Assembly: GCA_021295965.1 (NCBI GenBank)
Contig: JAGWBI010000012.1
Span: 1 to 58,591 of the forward strand
Length of the DNA stretch: 58,591 nt
Reading direction: 5' to 3'
DNA from: Dehalococcoidia bacterium
Lineage (GTDB): Bacteria > Chloroflexota > Dehalococcoidia > Lucifugimonadales > UBA3495
Shown piece by piece: positions 8,981 through 20,763 of the stretch; the first letter of the stretch is position 1, and the number at the start of each line of letters is the position of its first letter. Under the pieces are notes generated by a model. It had not been told where the DNA came from. It searched no databases and saw only the letters and a program-made list of their open reading frames with translations. Made by a program: the position numbers and the translations under genes.

Positions 8981-9856
8981 TCAGTCCGCCGCAACACTCG
9001 GACTCGGCGCAGTGGTCCTGCGCCTAAGGCGGGCCGCCAGCGTCCAGCGTCTCGGAGAAACGGCCACCGTCACCAGCAGCAGGCCCACCGATACGACGAC
9101 GATAGATGGGCCGGTGGGCAGGTTGAAATAGAAAGACAGGTAAAGTCCGACGACAATGGCGACCAAAGCCGAGGCCACCGTGGCCAGCATCATTCCGGTC
9201 AGGCGGGGTGCCAGCAGGCTCCCCGTGACCGCGGGAACAACCAACAGAGACATCACCATGACATTGCCCACGGTTTTGAGCGCGGCCACCGTGGTTAGCG
9301 CAACCAGCAGCGGCAGCAGGTATTCGAGGAATCGGACCGGTATGCCGGCGGCGGCGGCAACGGAGGCGTCATAGGTGGTGAAGACCAATTCCTTCCAGAA
9401 AAGACGAACCACCAGGACGACGCCCCCGGCCAAGGCTCCAACGGCCAGCACGTCGTTCCAGGAAGCGCCCAGAACGTTGCCGAAAAGGATGCTGAGCAAG
9501 TCCCCGGCGTAGTTTTTGGAGATGTTGATCATGATTACGCCCAACGCAAAGCCGCCGGCGAACAGCACGCCAATGACCGCATCCAGACGGACGCCGGCCC
9601 GGCGCGACACCAGGGATATGGCCAGGGATGCCGGGATCGCCCAGATCAGCGCGCCCAGAAAAACGTTAGCGCCGATGAGAAAGGCGGCAGCCATCCCGGT
9701 GAGAGCGGAGTGGGCGATGGCGTCGCCGAGAAAGGCCATGCCCCGCAACACGACGAAGGTGCCCACCACCCCGCACGCCGTGGCGGCAAGGGCAGACACC
9801 AGCAGCGCGCGCTGCATGAAGCCGTACTGCATAGGTTCAATGATCAGATCTAGCAT
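8981..9856 (-). CDS. Zn/Mn ABC transporter permease (ZnuB/ABC-3 family)
   Basis: FMQRAL, GTFVVLRGMAFLGDAIAHSAL, LFGNVLG, LPTGPSIV. Confidence 0.93.
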   Translation of the reverse strand: MLDLIIEPMQYGFMQRALLVSALAATACGVVGTFVVLRGMAFLGDAIAHSALTGMAAAFLIGANVFLGALIWAIPASLAISLVSRRAGVRLDAVIGVLFAGGFALGVIMINISKNYAGDLLSILFGNVLGASWNDVLAVGALAGGVVLVVRLFWKELVFTTYDASVAAAAGIPVRFLEYLLPLLVALTTVAALKTVGNVMVMSLLVVPAVTGSLLAPRLTGMMLATVASALVAIVVGLYLSFYFNLPTGPSIVVVSVGLLLVTVAVSPRRWTLAARLRRRTTAPSPSVAAD

Positions 9857-10018
9857 GGATAGACATTGTACAGGGCGTCACGGCAACCACCGGTGAAACG
9901 CCATCCGCAACTCACTTTCCGAATTTGTCTTGCCGCGCGTGCCGCCAAACAACAGTCTGCCCGTGCACCGTATGGAGAAACACGGGCGAGACAAGGCAGG
10001 TACTTGACGGCGGGACGA

Positions 10019-12382
10019 TCAGTGCGCCAATTCGGCCACGGCGTCCGCGTTGGCGCGCATCATGTCGATGTAGCCGGCTTGGGTGTCGTCAGGCATCGAA
10101 CGTAGGATGCCGATTTCAATCCCGGCGTCACGGGCAACTTGTTCCAACGCGTCGGCGGAGAATTGCGGTTCGGCGAAGACGACGGAGAGTCCCCGGTCTT
10201 CCACCAGGTCCAGCACTCGAGCGATGTCGTCTGGCGAAACCTCGCCCGCATGGGCGCCGACGAATGCCATCACCTCGAAATCGTACCGTGTTCCGAAGTA
10301 TCCGAAGGCGTCGTGGAAGGTGACAATCACGCGCCGGTCCTCGGGGATGGCGGCAAGGGTGTCGGTGATGTAGGCATCCAGGGCCTCGAGCTCGGCGATG
10401 TAGGCGGCGGCGTTGTCCAGGTAGGTCGCGGCGTGGTCCGGGTCGGCGGCGACCAGGCCGTTGGCGATCTCGTTCACGTAGTGGACGACCAGGCGGGGGT
10501 TCAGCCAGAAGTGCGGGTCGCCTTCTCCGTGTTCGTGGTCGTGGCCGTCACCGGATTCGGCTTCGCGCTCGCGGTCATCATGTCCCTCTTCGGGGTGTTC
10601 CTCCTTGTCCAGAATGCCCACGAAAGCGATCTTGGTGGGCTTTCCGTCAACATCCCAGTGGCCTATCACCTCCAGGTCGTGGGTGTCCAGGGCAAGAACT
10701 TCACCGGCGGCGGAATCGGTGATGAAGATATGGCCGGGCGCCGTCGCGATGTGGGGCCGCGCCCAGAAGCCGGGATCAATTTCGTCGCTGAGGAAACCGG
10801 AGACAGACGCCAGCAGGTCCAGGTCGTGGGCCTCGTACATCCGCAATTCCCCGTCGCTCATCATGACCAACAGGCGCTCGCCGTCGTAGCTCAGGGCCAC
10901 CTGAATGGGGCGCAGGCTCTCGGTGGCCGGGATCAACTGCTCCATTTCGCCCTCTTCCGGTTCAACCACGTAGAGGCCCACGGCGGAACCCAGGGCGAAG
11001 AAATGGTCCAAGCCATGATAGCCCCAGACGGAAGTCAGGCGGAAGTCATCGGGAGAACCTTCCGGGGCGGCGACGAATTCGTGCTCGAAATGGTCGTCGT
11101 GGGATCCGACTGCCAATACGCCGCCGGTGCAGCCGAAGGCGGCCATGTGGCCGTTGGAGGCATCGCCGTGGAGATCGGGGCAACCTTCGGCGCGATACAA
11201 CACGTTGCCATCAAGATCCCATATCTCGGCGCCGATGGGCGACCCGTACTCGCCGGGGTCATTGGCGTAATCGGGGTGTTGGATGGAGACGGCGAAAAGG
11301 TCATCTTCCAGCGGCACGGTGGCGCCATGCTGGGGACCGGCGTTGAGAACCGTGGGCGTGTAGGAAGCGCCGTCGTGCTCCAGTTCGTGCTCGTTGATCA
11401 ACACCACGTCGCCGGAACCGTCATAGAAGATCGAGGCCCACTCTCCGCCGACGTACAGATGGACGGGACGGTCGCCAGTCAGGTCAAACCCTAGTCGGCT
11501 GATGTCCGAATGCACCAGGTCGAAATGGTCGCCATGCTCTTCCAGGTAGATGCCGCCGTCGAAGATGTGGGCGGTGTTGGCGTCGCTGGAAACGGCGATG
11601 GCGTAACGTCCGCTGTAGGTTGGGTAGATGCGTCCGGCGCGAGATCCCAGGTCAAATTCACCCTGGTGCACCTCCCCTGATTCCAGCTCGATGACAGACA
11701 TCGCGCCGGTTTCGCCGTCGCCGATCAACAACCGCCCTTCCAGCTCCACGGCCGCTTCTTCGTCGCCGTGGCCATGTTCGTCGTCATGGTCTCCTTCAGG
11801 GAACGGCAATGCAACCAGTTCCTGGGGTTCCAAGCCGTCAGAGACAATCACTTGAACCGCTTCGGGAGACGCCGCGTTTTCAATGAGTTCTTCAACCGTC
11901 GAGGACAGGCCGGCGCCGTTGCTGATTACAACACTGGCTTCGGCGATTCGCACGCTGTCCTGCGGTGTGCTCTGCCAGGTATGGGCATCGCTGCCCAGCG
12001 GCACGAGGCTGCTGGCTGACACCCGATCCCCGCCGACGCGGGCCGCCAGATCGGCGAGGATTGCATTGCCGGCGACCACGTTGATGGGTTCGGCAACGGC
12101 TGCGGACGCCGGCGCGGTGGGGTTGGCCGGCGCGTTGGCCGGGGCCGCGGCGGCCGGTGCAGCGGATGATGCCGGCGCTGAGGACGCCGGCGCGGCCGCG
12201 GCAGGAGCAGCGGAGGCCGAACCTGCGGAGGACGATGTGTCGGCCGGAGGGAGCGCCGACTCTTCGCCTCCGCAGGCGGTCAAAAAGAGTGCCCCGGCCA
12301 TTAGCACAAAGACAATGGCCGCGGCTCGAAACAGGGCGAGGCGGTTGAGGTGCGGGATACCGTGGCGGTTGCGGTGGTTCAT
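10019..12382 (-). CDS. Cluster A-I metal-binding lipoprotein (ZnuA/AztC-like) with inserted AztD-like beta-propeller domain
   Basis: Lipobox LTAC. SBP motifs DAHTW, NGAGL, DPHFWLNP, HDAFGYF, FAEPQF are split by about 380 aa containing HGDH, PVH, QHGA and CPDLHGDA. Start at ATG 12382 after GGAG. Confidence 0.85.
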   Translation of the reverse strand: MNHRNRHGIPHLNRLALFRAAAIVFVLMAGALFLTACGGEESALPPADTSSSAGSASAAPAAAAPASSAPASSAAPAAAAPANAPANPTAPASAAVAEPINVVAGNAILADLAARVGGDRVSASSLVPLGSDAHTWQSTPQDSVRIAEASVVISNGAGLSSTVEELIENAASPEAVQVIVSDGLEPQELVALPFPEGDHDDEHGHGDEEAAVELEGRLLIGDGETGAMSVIELESGEVHQGEFDLGSRAGRIYPTYSGRYAIAVSSDANTAHIFDGGIYLEEHGDHFDLVHSDISRLGFDLTGDRPVHLYVGGEWASIFYDGSGDVVLINEHELEHDGASYTPTVLNAGPQHGATVPLEDDLFAVSIQHPDYANDPGEYGSPIGAEIWDLDGNVLYRAEGCPDLHGDASNGHMAAFGCTGGVLAVGSHDDHFEHEFVAAPEGSPDDFRLTSVWGYHGLDHFFALGSAVGLYVVEPEEGEMEQLIPATESLRPIQVALSYDGERLLVMMSDGELRMYEAHDLDLLASVSGFLSDEIDPGFWARPHIATAPGHIFITDSAAGEVLALDTHDLEVIGHWDVDGKPTKIAFVGILDKEEHPEEGHDDREREAESGDGHDHEHGEGDPHFWLNPRLVVHYVNEIANGLVAADPDHAATYLDNAAAYIAELEALDAYITDTLAAIPEDRRVIVTFHDAFGYFGTRYDFEVMAFVGAHAGEVSPDDIARVLDLVEDRGLSVVFAEPQFSADALEQVARDAGIEIGILRSMPDDTQAGYIDMMRANADAVAELAH

Positions 12383-12466
12383 TTGGCGTACTCCGTGGGT
12401 GCGGCTTGGCTTTGAACAGGGCTCTAACACTGGGTATCTGATGGCAGTATCAACAAAATTGATTAC

Positions 12467-12511
12467 AGATATTACGTATCAATAACCACGACTTAAAGAT
12501 ATCGAGTATCA
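12467..12511. promoter_or_regulatory. Two candidate Fur/Zur-family boxes (GATA-N5-TATC)
   Basis: AGATATTACGTATCA (12467-12481) and AGATATCGAGTATCA (12497-12511), 30 bp apart, in the AT-rich region upstream of the SBP. Confidence 0.55.
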
Positions 12512-12545
12512 ATTGAGCGGCAAAAAAATAACGAGCGGCGTGTCC

Positions 12546-13013
12546 TCAGGTAGAGGAACACTCGCCGCAGCGGCCATACACCTCGAGCCAGTGACCGCTC
12601 ATGTGGAACCCCGCCGCCGCCGCCGCTTCGCGCAAAGCGTCTTCCACATCACATCCGGTAAGGTCGGTGGACGCGCCGCAGACCGCGCAGAGCATATGAT
12701 GATGATGTCCCTGGTGGCTCAACTGATACCTGAGCTCTCGATCTTCAAGGAGCACGCGGCAAACCAGGTCGGTTTCGACCAGCAATCGCAACCCCCGGTA
12801 CACCGTGGCCCGACCCACGCAAGGCAGGGCAGCGCACAGTTCTTCGGCCGTAAAGGGCCGACCCTGAGCCGCGGCCGCGCTGATAACCAGCCGGCGCGGT
12901 TCGGTGTCCCGGTAGCCCAGGTCAGCCAGCTGGGAAACGATGTCGTCCACTACGGCTGCGGAACGGGGCCGGGGATGGTCATGGCCTTTATGACGAGTGT
13001 TTGTCGCAAGCAA
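12546..13013 (-). CDS. Fur-family transcriptional regulator (probably Zur)
   Basis: RATVYRGL, HHHHMLCAVCG, HWLEVYGRCGEC. Adjacent to the metal ABC genes. Start codon uncertain. Confidence 0.9.
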   Translation of the reverse strand: MLATNTRHKGHDHPRPRSAAVVDDIVSQLADLGYRDTEPRRLVISAAAAQGRPFTAEELCAALPCVGRATVYRGLRLLVETDLVCRVLLEDRELRYQLSHQGHHHHMLCAVCGASTDLTGCDVEDALREAAAAAGFHMSGHWLEVYGRCGECSST

Positions 13014-13016
13014 TTA

Positions 13017-13031
13017 TGATACTCCGTATCG
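13017..13031. promoter_or_regulatory. Candidate autoregulatory Fur/Zur box
   Basis: GATAC-TCC-GTATC palindrome, same core as the boxes upstream of the SBP. Confidence 0.5.
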
Positions 13032-13137
13032 CTAATGTAGTGCGCAGCGTTTGTTTTGTCAACCCGTCGTTCTTCGACACGTCCGTACGGTTTGGTGGAT
13101 CTCCCGAGTGGGCAAACCTTTCGGCGACGAGCCTTCC

Positions 13138-13146
13138 TGCTATAAT
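13138..13146 (+). promoter_or_regulatory. Extended -10 promoter of the ASST gene
   Basis: TGCTATAAT about 35 nt upstream of ATG 13180. Confidence 0.55.
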
Positions 13147-13179
13147 CGCGCCGCAACCTGCTCTTGCGGAGGGACACTG

Positions 13180-14307
13180 ATGGGCTGGTCGATTCATCAT
13201 CCGGTGGGGCTAATCCACCACACGCCGGCGGCGTGCCAGATGGGCTACACGCTGTTCTCCACCACCCGGGGAGGCAAGGACGCCTACCTGATCGACATGA
13301 ACGGCAACGTCGTTCACCGCTGGCATTCCGAAGAGGGCATCCACTACGCCTACCTGCTGGACAACGGCAACCTGCTGTGCCGCACCTTCCCGCCCGAAAA
13401 CGCCGGCGGATATGAAACGATCGGCGGATCATCGGGTAGCGTCATCGAACTGGACTGGAACAGCAACCTGGTGTGGGCCTACCGCGACCCTACTCTGCAC
13501 CACGACTACGAGCGCCTGGCCAACGGCAACACCCTGTTGCTGATGTGGGACCCCCTGCCCGACGGGCTGGCGGCCCAGGTACAGGGCGGTTTCGAGGTTG
13601 ACTTCGCCCTGGGCATGGTGGGCGACGTGGTGCGCGAGGTTACGCCCGACGGCACGACGGTGTGGGAGTGGCGCTCCTGGGAGCACCTGGATCTCGCCGA
13701 GGACGTAATCTGTCCGCTGGAACCCCGCCGTGAATGGACTCACGGCAACAGCCTGAACGTCACTCCCGACGGCGACCTGATCGTGAGCTATCGGCTGACC
13801 AGCACCGTTGGCATCGTGGATCGGGCCACCGGAGCCTTCAAGTGGAAGTGGGGGCCGGGCGAAATTTACCACCAGCATCATCCCACCTGGCTGGACAGCG
13901 GGCGCATCCTGATTTTCGACAATGGCGGCCACCGACGAGGCGCCAGCTACTCCCGCATCGTGGAGGTTGACCCCGCCACCAACGAGATCCACTGGCAGTA
14001 CCAGGGAATGCCGGCAATATCCTTCTACAGCTACAACATCAGCAGCGCCGAGCGCCAGCCCAACGGCAACACCCTGATCTGCGAGGGCGCGCCGGGCCGG
14101 ATGTTCGAAGTCACTCCCCGGGGCGAAGTTGTGTGGGAGTACATCAACCCCTTCTTCCACTACAGCGAGGCAGCCGGCGGCGCCGGCGGCATGGAGTACA
14201 CCAACGCCACTTTCCGCTGCCACCGTTACGCTCCCGACCACCCAGCCCTGGCCGGCCGCGACCTGGATCCGGGCCGGCACTCGGGGCTGAACCGGTTGCT
14301 GAGGTGA
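13180..14307 (+). CDS. Aryl-sulfate sulfotransferase (ASST)-like beta-propeller protein
   Basis: LIDMNGNVVHRW, HHDYERLANGN, WTHGNS, QHHP, IFDNG, SSAERQPNGNTLICEG. GGAGG RBS. Confidence 0.85.
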   Translation: MGWSIHHPVGLIHHTPAACQMGYTLFSTTRGGKDAYLIDMNGNVVHRWHSEEGIHYAYLLDNGNLLCRTFPPENAGGYETIGGSSGSVIELDWNSNLVWAYRDPTLHHDYERLANGNTLLLMWDPLPDGLAAQVQGGFEVDFALGMVGDVVREVTPDGTTVWEWRSWEHLDLAEDVICPLEPRREWTHGNSLNVTPDGDLIVSYRLTSTVGIVDRATGAFKWKWGPGEIYHQHHPTWLDSGRILIFDNGGHRRGASYSRIVEVDPATNEIHWQYQGMPAISFYSYNISSAERQPNGNTLICEGAPGRMFEVTPRGEVVWEYINPFFHYSEAAGGAGGMEYTNATFRCHRYAPDHPALAGRDLDPGRHSGLNRLLR

Positions 14308-14339
14308 AACCCAAGAGCCGAGGCGGCGGTCACCTCCGC

Positions 14340-14368
14340 TTGACCCCCGCTTCCTGGCGTGCTATTCT
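14340..14368 (+). promoter_or_regulatory. Sigma70-type promoter of the thiamine operon
   Basis: TTGACC-N17-TATTCT with extended TG, just upstream of the riboswitch. Confidence 0.6.
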
Positions 14369-14385
14369 CGCGCCACAATCGAATA

Positions 14386-14482
14386 TCATTCTGGCGGGAG
14401 CTTGGTTATGCCAGGCTGAGAGGGCGGCCGAAACAGCCGCCGACCGTAGCACCTGATCCGGGTAATGCCGGCGTAGGAATTC
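14386..14482 (+). ncRNA. TPP riboswitch (THI box)
   Basis: GGGAG...GCTGAGAG...GACCG..GCACCTGATCCGGGTAATGCCGGCGTAGGAA, upstream of a transporter and thiC. Confidence 0.95.
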
Positions 14483-14498
14483 GGAACTTTGAATTGTC

Positions 14499-14531
14499 AG
14501 CCGCCAGAGTTGGAAAACCTGGCGGCTTTTT
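14499..14531 (+). terminator. Intrinsic terminator (riboswitch attenuator)
   Basis: AGCCGCCAG/CTGGCGGCT stem followed by a T tract. The 5' arm can alternatively pair with CTGGCGG at 14391-14397. Confidence 0.8.
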
Positions 14532-14585
14532 GCTGCCCAATCCTTGCTTCGAATCAAACCCAAAAAGTGACCGGGAGGTTTCGTC

Positions 14586-18109
<3,524 letters not shown>

Positions 18110-18170
18110 CCTTTGGACCAACGGAGTTTGCCGAGGCTGCGATCAGCGTCGATAGGGGAAACCCTGCTGC

Positions 18171-18203
18171 GACGAGATTGCTGCGCTTCGCTCGCAATGA
18201 CAG
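18171..18203. repeat. TGTCATTGCGAG-type repeat half (inverted copy)
   Basis: Reverse complement matches 7873-7903 with one mismatch. Confidence 0.75.
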
Positions 18204-18283
18204 GTTGCGCAAACTCGCCACGCGCGAGCGACCGAAAGGCCACTGGGCAAAAGCAACTCGCTGTATGGTAAAGTGAACTTGCT

Positions 18284-18670
18284 ATGCTTCGTTTTCTCTG
18301 GCCCATACTGATGATGTTCGGCCCGCAGTTGGCGCCGCGCATCATCAAGTTTGTGCGGGCTCTGTACCGGCTGCACCGGGACTCGCGCGTCAACATCCTG
18401 CTCAAGCTGCTGGTGCCCCTGGCGGTGGTGTACGCCGTCTTTCCCGTCGACCTGGTGCGGGACCGCATCCCCTATGGCCTAGGCCGCTATGACGACATCA
18501 TCATTTTCGGGCTGGCGGTGTGGCTGTTCTGGAACCTGTGCCCTCGCGCCGTGGTCCGCGAGCATATGGGCGAGCCGCCGCCGCCGCGTCCTGAAGACCG
18601 CGACCCGGACAGCGTCGTGGACGGCCAGGCCCGTCCCACCGACGACGTCGATAACAAGCCGGACGGCTGA
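18284..18670 (+). CDS. YkvA/DUF1232-family membrane protein
   Basis: YAVFPVDLVRDRIPYGLGRYDD resembles the YxxSPxDLIPD..GxxDD signature. Confidence 0.75.
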   Translation: MLRFLWPILMMFGPQLAPRIIKFVRALYRLHRDSRVNILLKLLVPLAVVYAVFPVDLVRDRIPYGLGRYDDIIIFGLAVWLFWNLCPRAVVREHMGEPPPPRPEDRDPDSVVDGQARPTDDVDNKPDG

Positions 18671-18702
18671 CCGGTCGGCAATCCAGACAGCGTTCATCCA
18701 GC

Positions 18703-18727
18703 AGGGGCGGGCTTGAAACCCGCCCCT
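18703..18727. repeat. REP-like hairpin variant
   Basis: AGGGGCGGG-CTTGAAA-CCCGCCCCT. Confidence 0.5.
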
Positions 18728-18743
18728 CTCCACAGGTGCGGCA

Positions 18744-19986
18744 ATGTCTCAATCCCCTGAACACCAAGGCCGACGTGATTCCCCGACCGGCGAAGACGGG
18801 ATCTCGTTGTACGTCCATGTCCCCTTCTGCCTCAGCAAGTGCCCTTACTGCGACTTCAACACCTACCAGGGAATCGAGACCCAGTTTGGCGATTTTCTGA
18901 CGGCCGTTGTCCAGGAACTGAAGGCCTGGTCGGTCGCACTGGGACGGCCTTCCGTCAACACGATATTCCTCGGTGGCGGCACACCCTCCTACCTCCCCGA
19001 TGGCGACGTGGGGCGTATTCTCGACGCCATCTCCAGCGACTACCCGGTTCGCGCCGACGCCGAGATCACCGCCGAGTGCAACCCCAACGACCTGACCGCC
19101 CCTCGATGCGAGGATCTGCGCGCCGCCGGCGTCACAGAGCATGGACAACGGGCTGCTGGCCATGCTGGGCCGTCGCCACGACGCTGCGGAGGCTGCGGAG
19201 GCTCTGGCCCGCTGTCGCAACGCCGGCTTTGACAACGTGAACCTCGACCTGATGTACGGTCTCCCCCAGCAGGACATTGCCCAGTGGCGGGACACCGTGG
19301 CACAGGTCATCGCGCTGGCTCCGGAGCACCTGTCCCTCTACTCATTGACGTTGGAGGAAGGGACGCCGCTGCTCCGCTGGGTGGAACAGGGCCGCCTGCC
19401 CGAACCCGACCCGGACCTGGCGGCGGATATGTACGACCATGCCCGGGCTGCCCTGGCTGATGCCGGTTATCGCCACTACGAGATCAGCAACTGGTCGCGG
19501 TACGGTCTGGAATCGGAGCACAACCTGGCCTACTGGCGCAACCTGGAGTGGATAGGGGTAGGGCCGGGAGCGCACTCGTCACTGCGCGTCGGGGATGCCA
19601 GGTCGGCCGGCTGCCGCTTCTGGACGGTGCGCTCCCCACGGGATTACGCCAAACGCGCCGGTGCTTGGGCGACGGCAGCCCGTCGGTGGGCGTCGGTGTC
19701 GGCGGATGGCATCCGGTCGGTCCCAACGGTTGACGACCTTGAGGTCATCGACGAGGCCACGGCGGCGGCGGAAACCATGTTCCTGGGCCTGCGCCTGCTG
19801 GAGGGAATGGACCTGTCGGCGGCTTCAACCCACATCGGCATCGACCTGGCCGCCCGCTACGAGGGAGAACTCGCCGAGCTCACGGCGGAAGGGCTGCTGG
19901 TTTGGGAAACGGATGGACGGCTCAGGCTGGCGGAGGAGGCGTACCTGGTGGCAAACCAGGTGTTTACGCGGTTTTTAGTAGAATAA
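18744..19986 (+). pseudogene. hemW: Radical SAM heme chaperone HemW, frameshifted (true pseudogene or sequence error)
   Basis: LYVHVPFCLSKCPYCDF, GGGTPS, NLDLMYGLP, YEISNW, HNLAYW. Frame breaks at about 19134, where the NRxSxG segment is missing. Confidence 0.88.
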
Positions 19987-19996
19987 TCGCAACGTC

Positions 19997-20272
19997 ATGC
20001 CAGATGTTATGATGAATTCTCTATCCCTTCTGAAGGGCTTGTGGGGAAAGCTACCGCTTAAACTGCTCGTTCTCTTGGGGGTAGGACTTTTTCTGCCGGG
20101 TGCGATGGGAGGGTTACTCTATGTCCGGAGCCGAGCCAGCTACGAACCGAAGACCATACTTACCATGCCCTTGTCATCCAGTGTAGATGCCGCTCTGATC
20201 GTATTAATGGGGCTTTTGGTCGTCATTGCTATCGCGGCGGTGATTTACGCTGTTTGTTACCGCGAGAGGTGA
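19997..20272 (+). CDS. Small two-TM hypothetical membrane protein
   Basis: 91-aa ORF with two hydrophobic stretches in a lower-GC patch. Confidence 0.5.
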   Translation: MPDVMMNSLSLLKGLWGKLPLKLLVLLGVGLFLPGAMGGLLYVRSRASYEPKTILTMPLSSSVDAALIVLMGLLVVIAIAAVIYAVCYRER

Positions 20273-20597
20273 TCATTTTCCAAATGAGGTCCCCGACCAT
20301 GAGGAGAGCTGTAAATATCCACGCCATTACCGCCAGCATCAAGATAATAGTGCCGGCGACGATTACGTTGATATTTTCCGGTTTTATCAAATAAGCGCCG
20401 AAAAGAATCACCACCAACCCTATGGCGGCAACGCCACCGATAGAGAACAATGCCAAGTTCAACCAGTTGCTGGCGGGCACGTTGTCCTTCGGCGGGCCGG
20501 CACCGACTGACGACGCTTCGACCGACATAGTCCCGGCGGAGTCGCTCGACGGTAAACCCGCCTCGATTGAACTGACCTGCATACTGGGTGTTGACAT
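20229..20597 (-). CDS. Small two-TM hypothetical membrane protein
   Basis: 122-aa ORF with GGGAG upstream and two hydrophobic stretches. Convergent overlap with the previous ORF. Confidence 0.5.
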   Translation of the reverse strand: MSTPSMQVSSIEAGLPSSDSAGTMSVEASSVGAGPPKDNVPASNWLNLALFSIGGVAAIGLVVILFGAYLIKPENINVIVAGTIILMLAVMAWIFTALLMVGDLIWKMITSRGNKQRKSPPR

Positions 20598-20763
20598 CTT
20601 GCCTATCTCCCACGTTCATCTTACCACTTGACAAAATCGACTGACAAAGGGGGCCAGGCCGCCCGCTTTTCCCGGCCTATGCTAAACTGCCGCCAGCGTC
20701 CGTTTGAACGGGCCGCTGCCTCACCATTACCATTAAATATCGACTCTTCACGGAGGTTCCACT

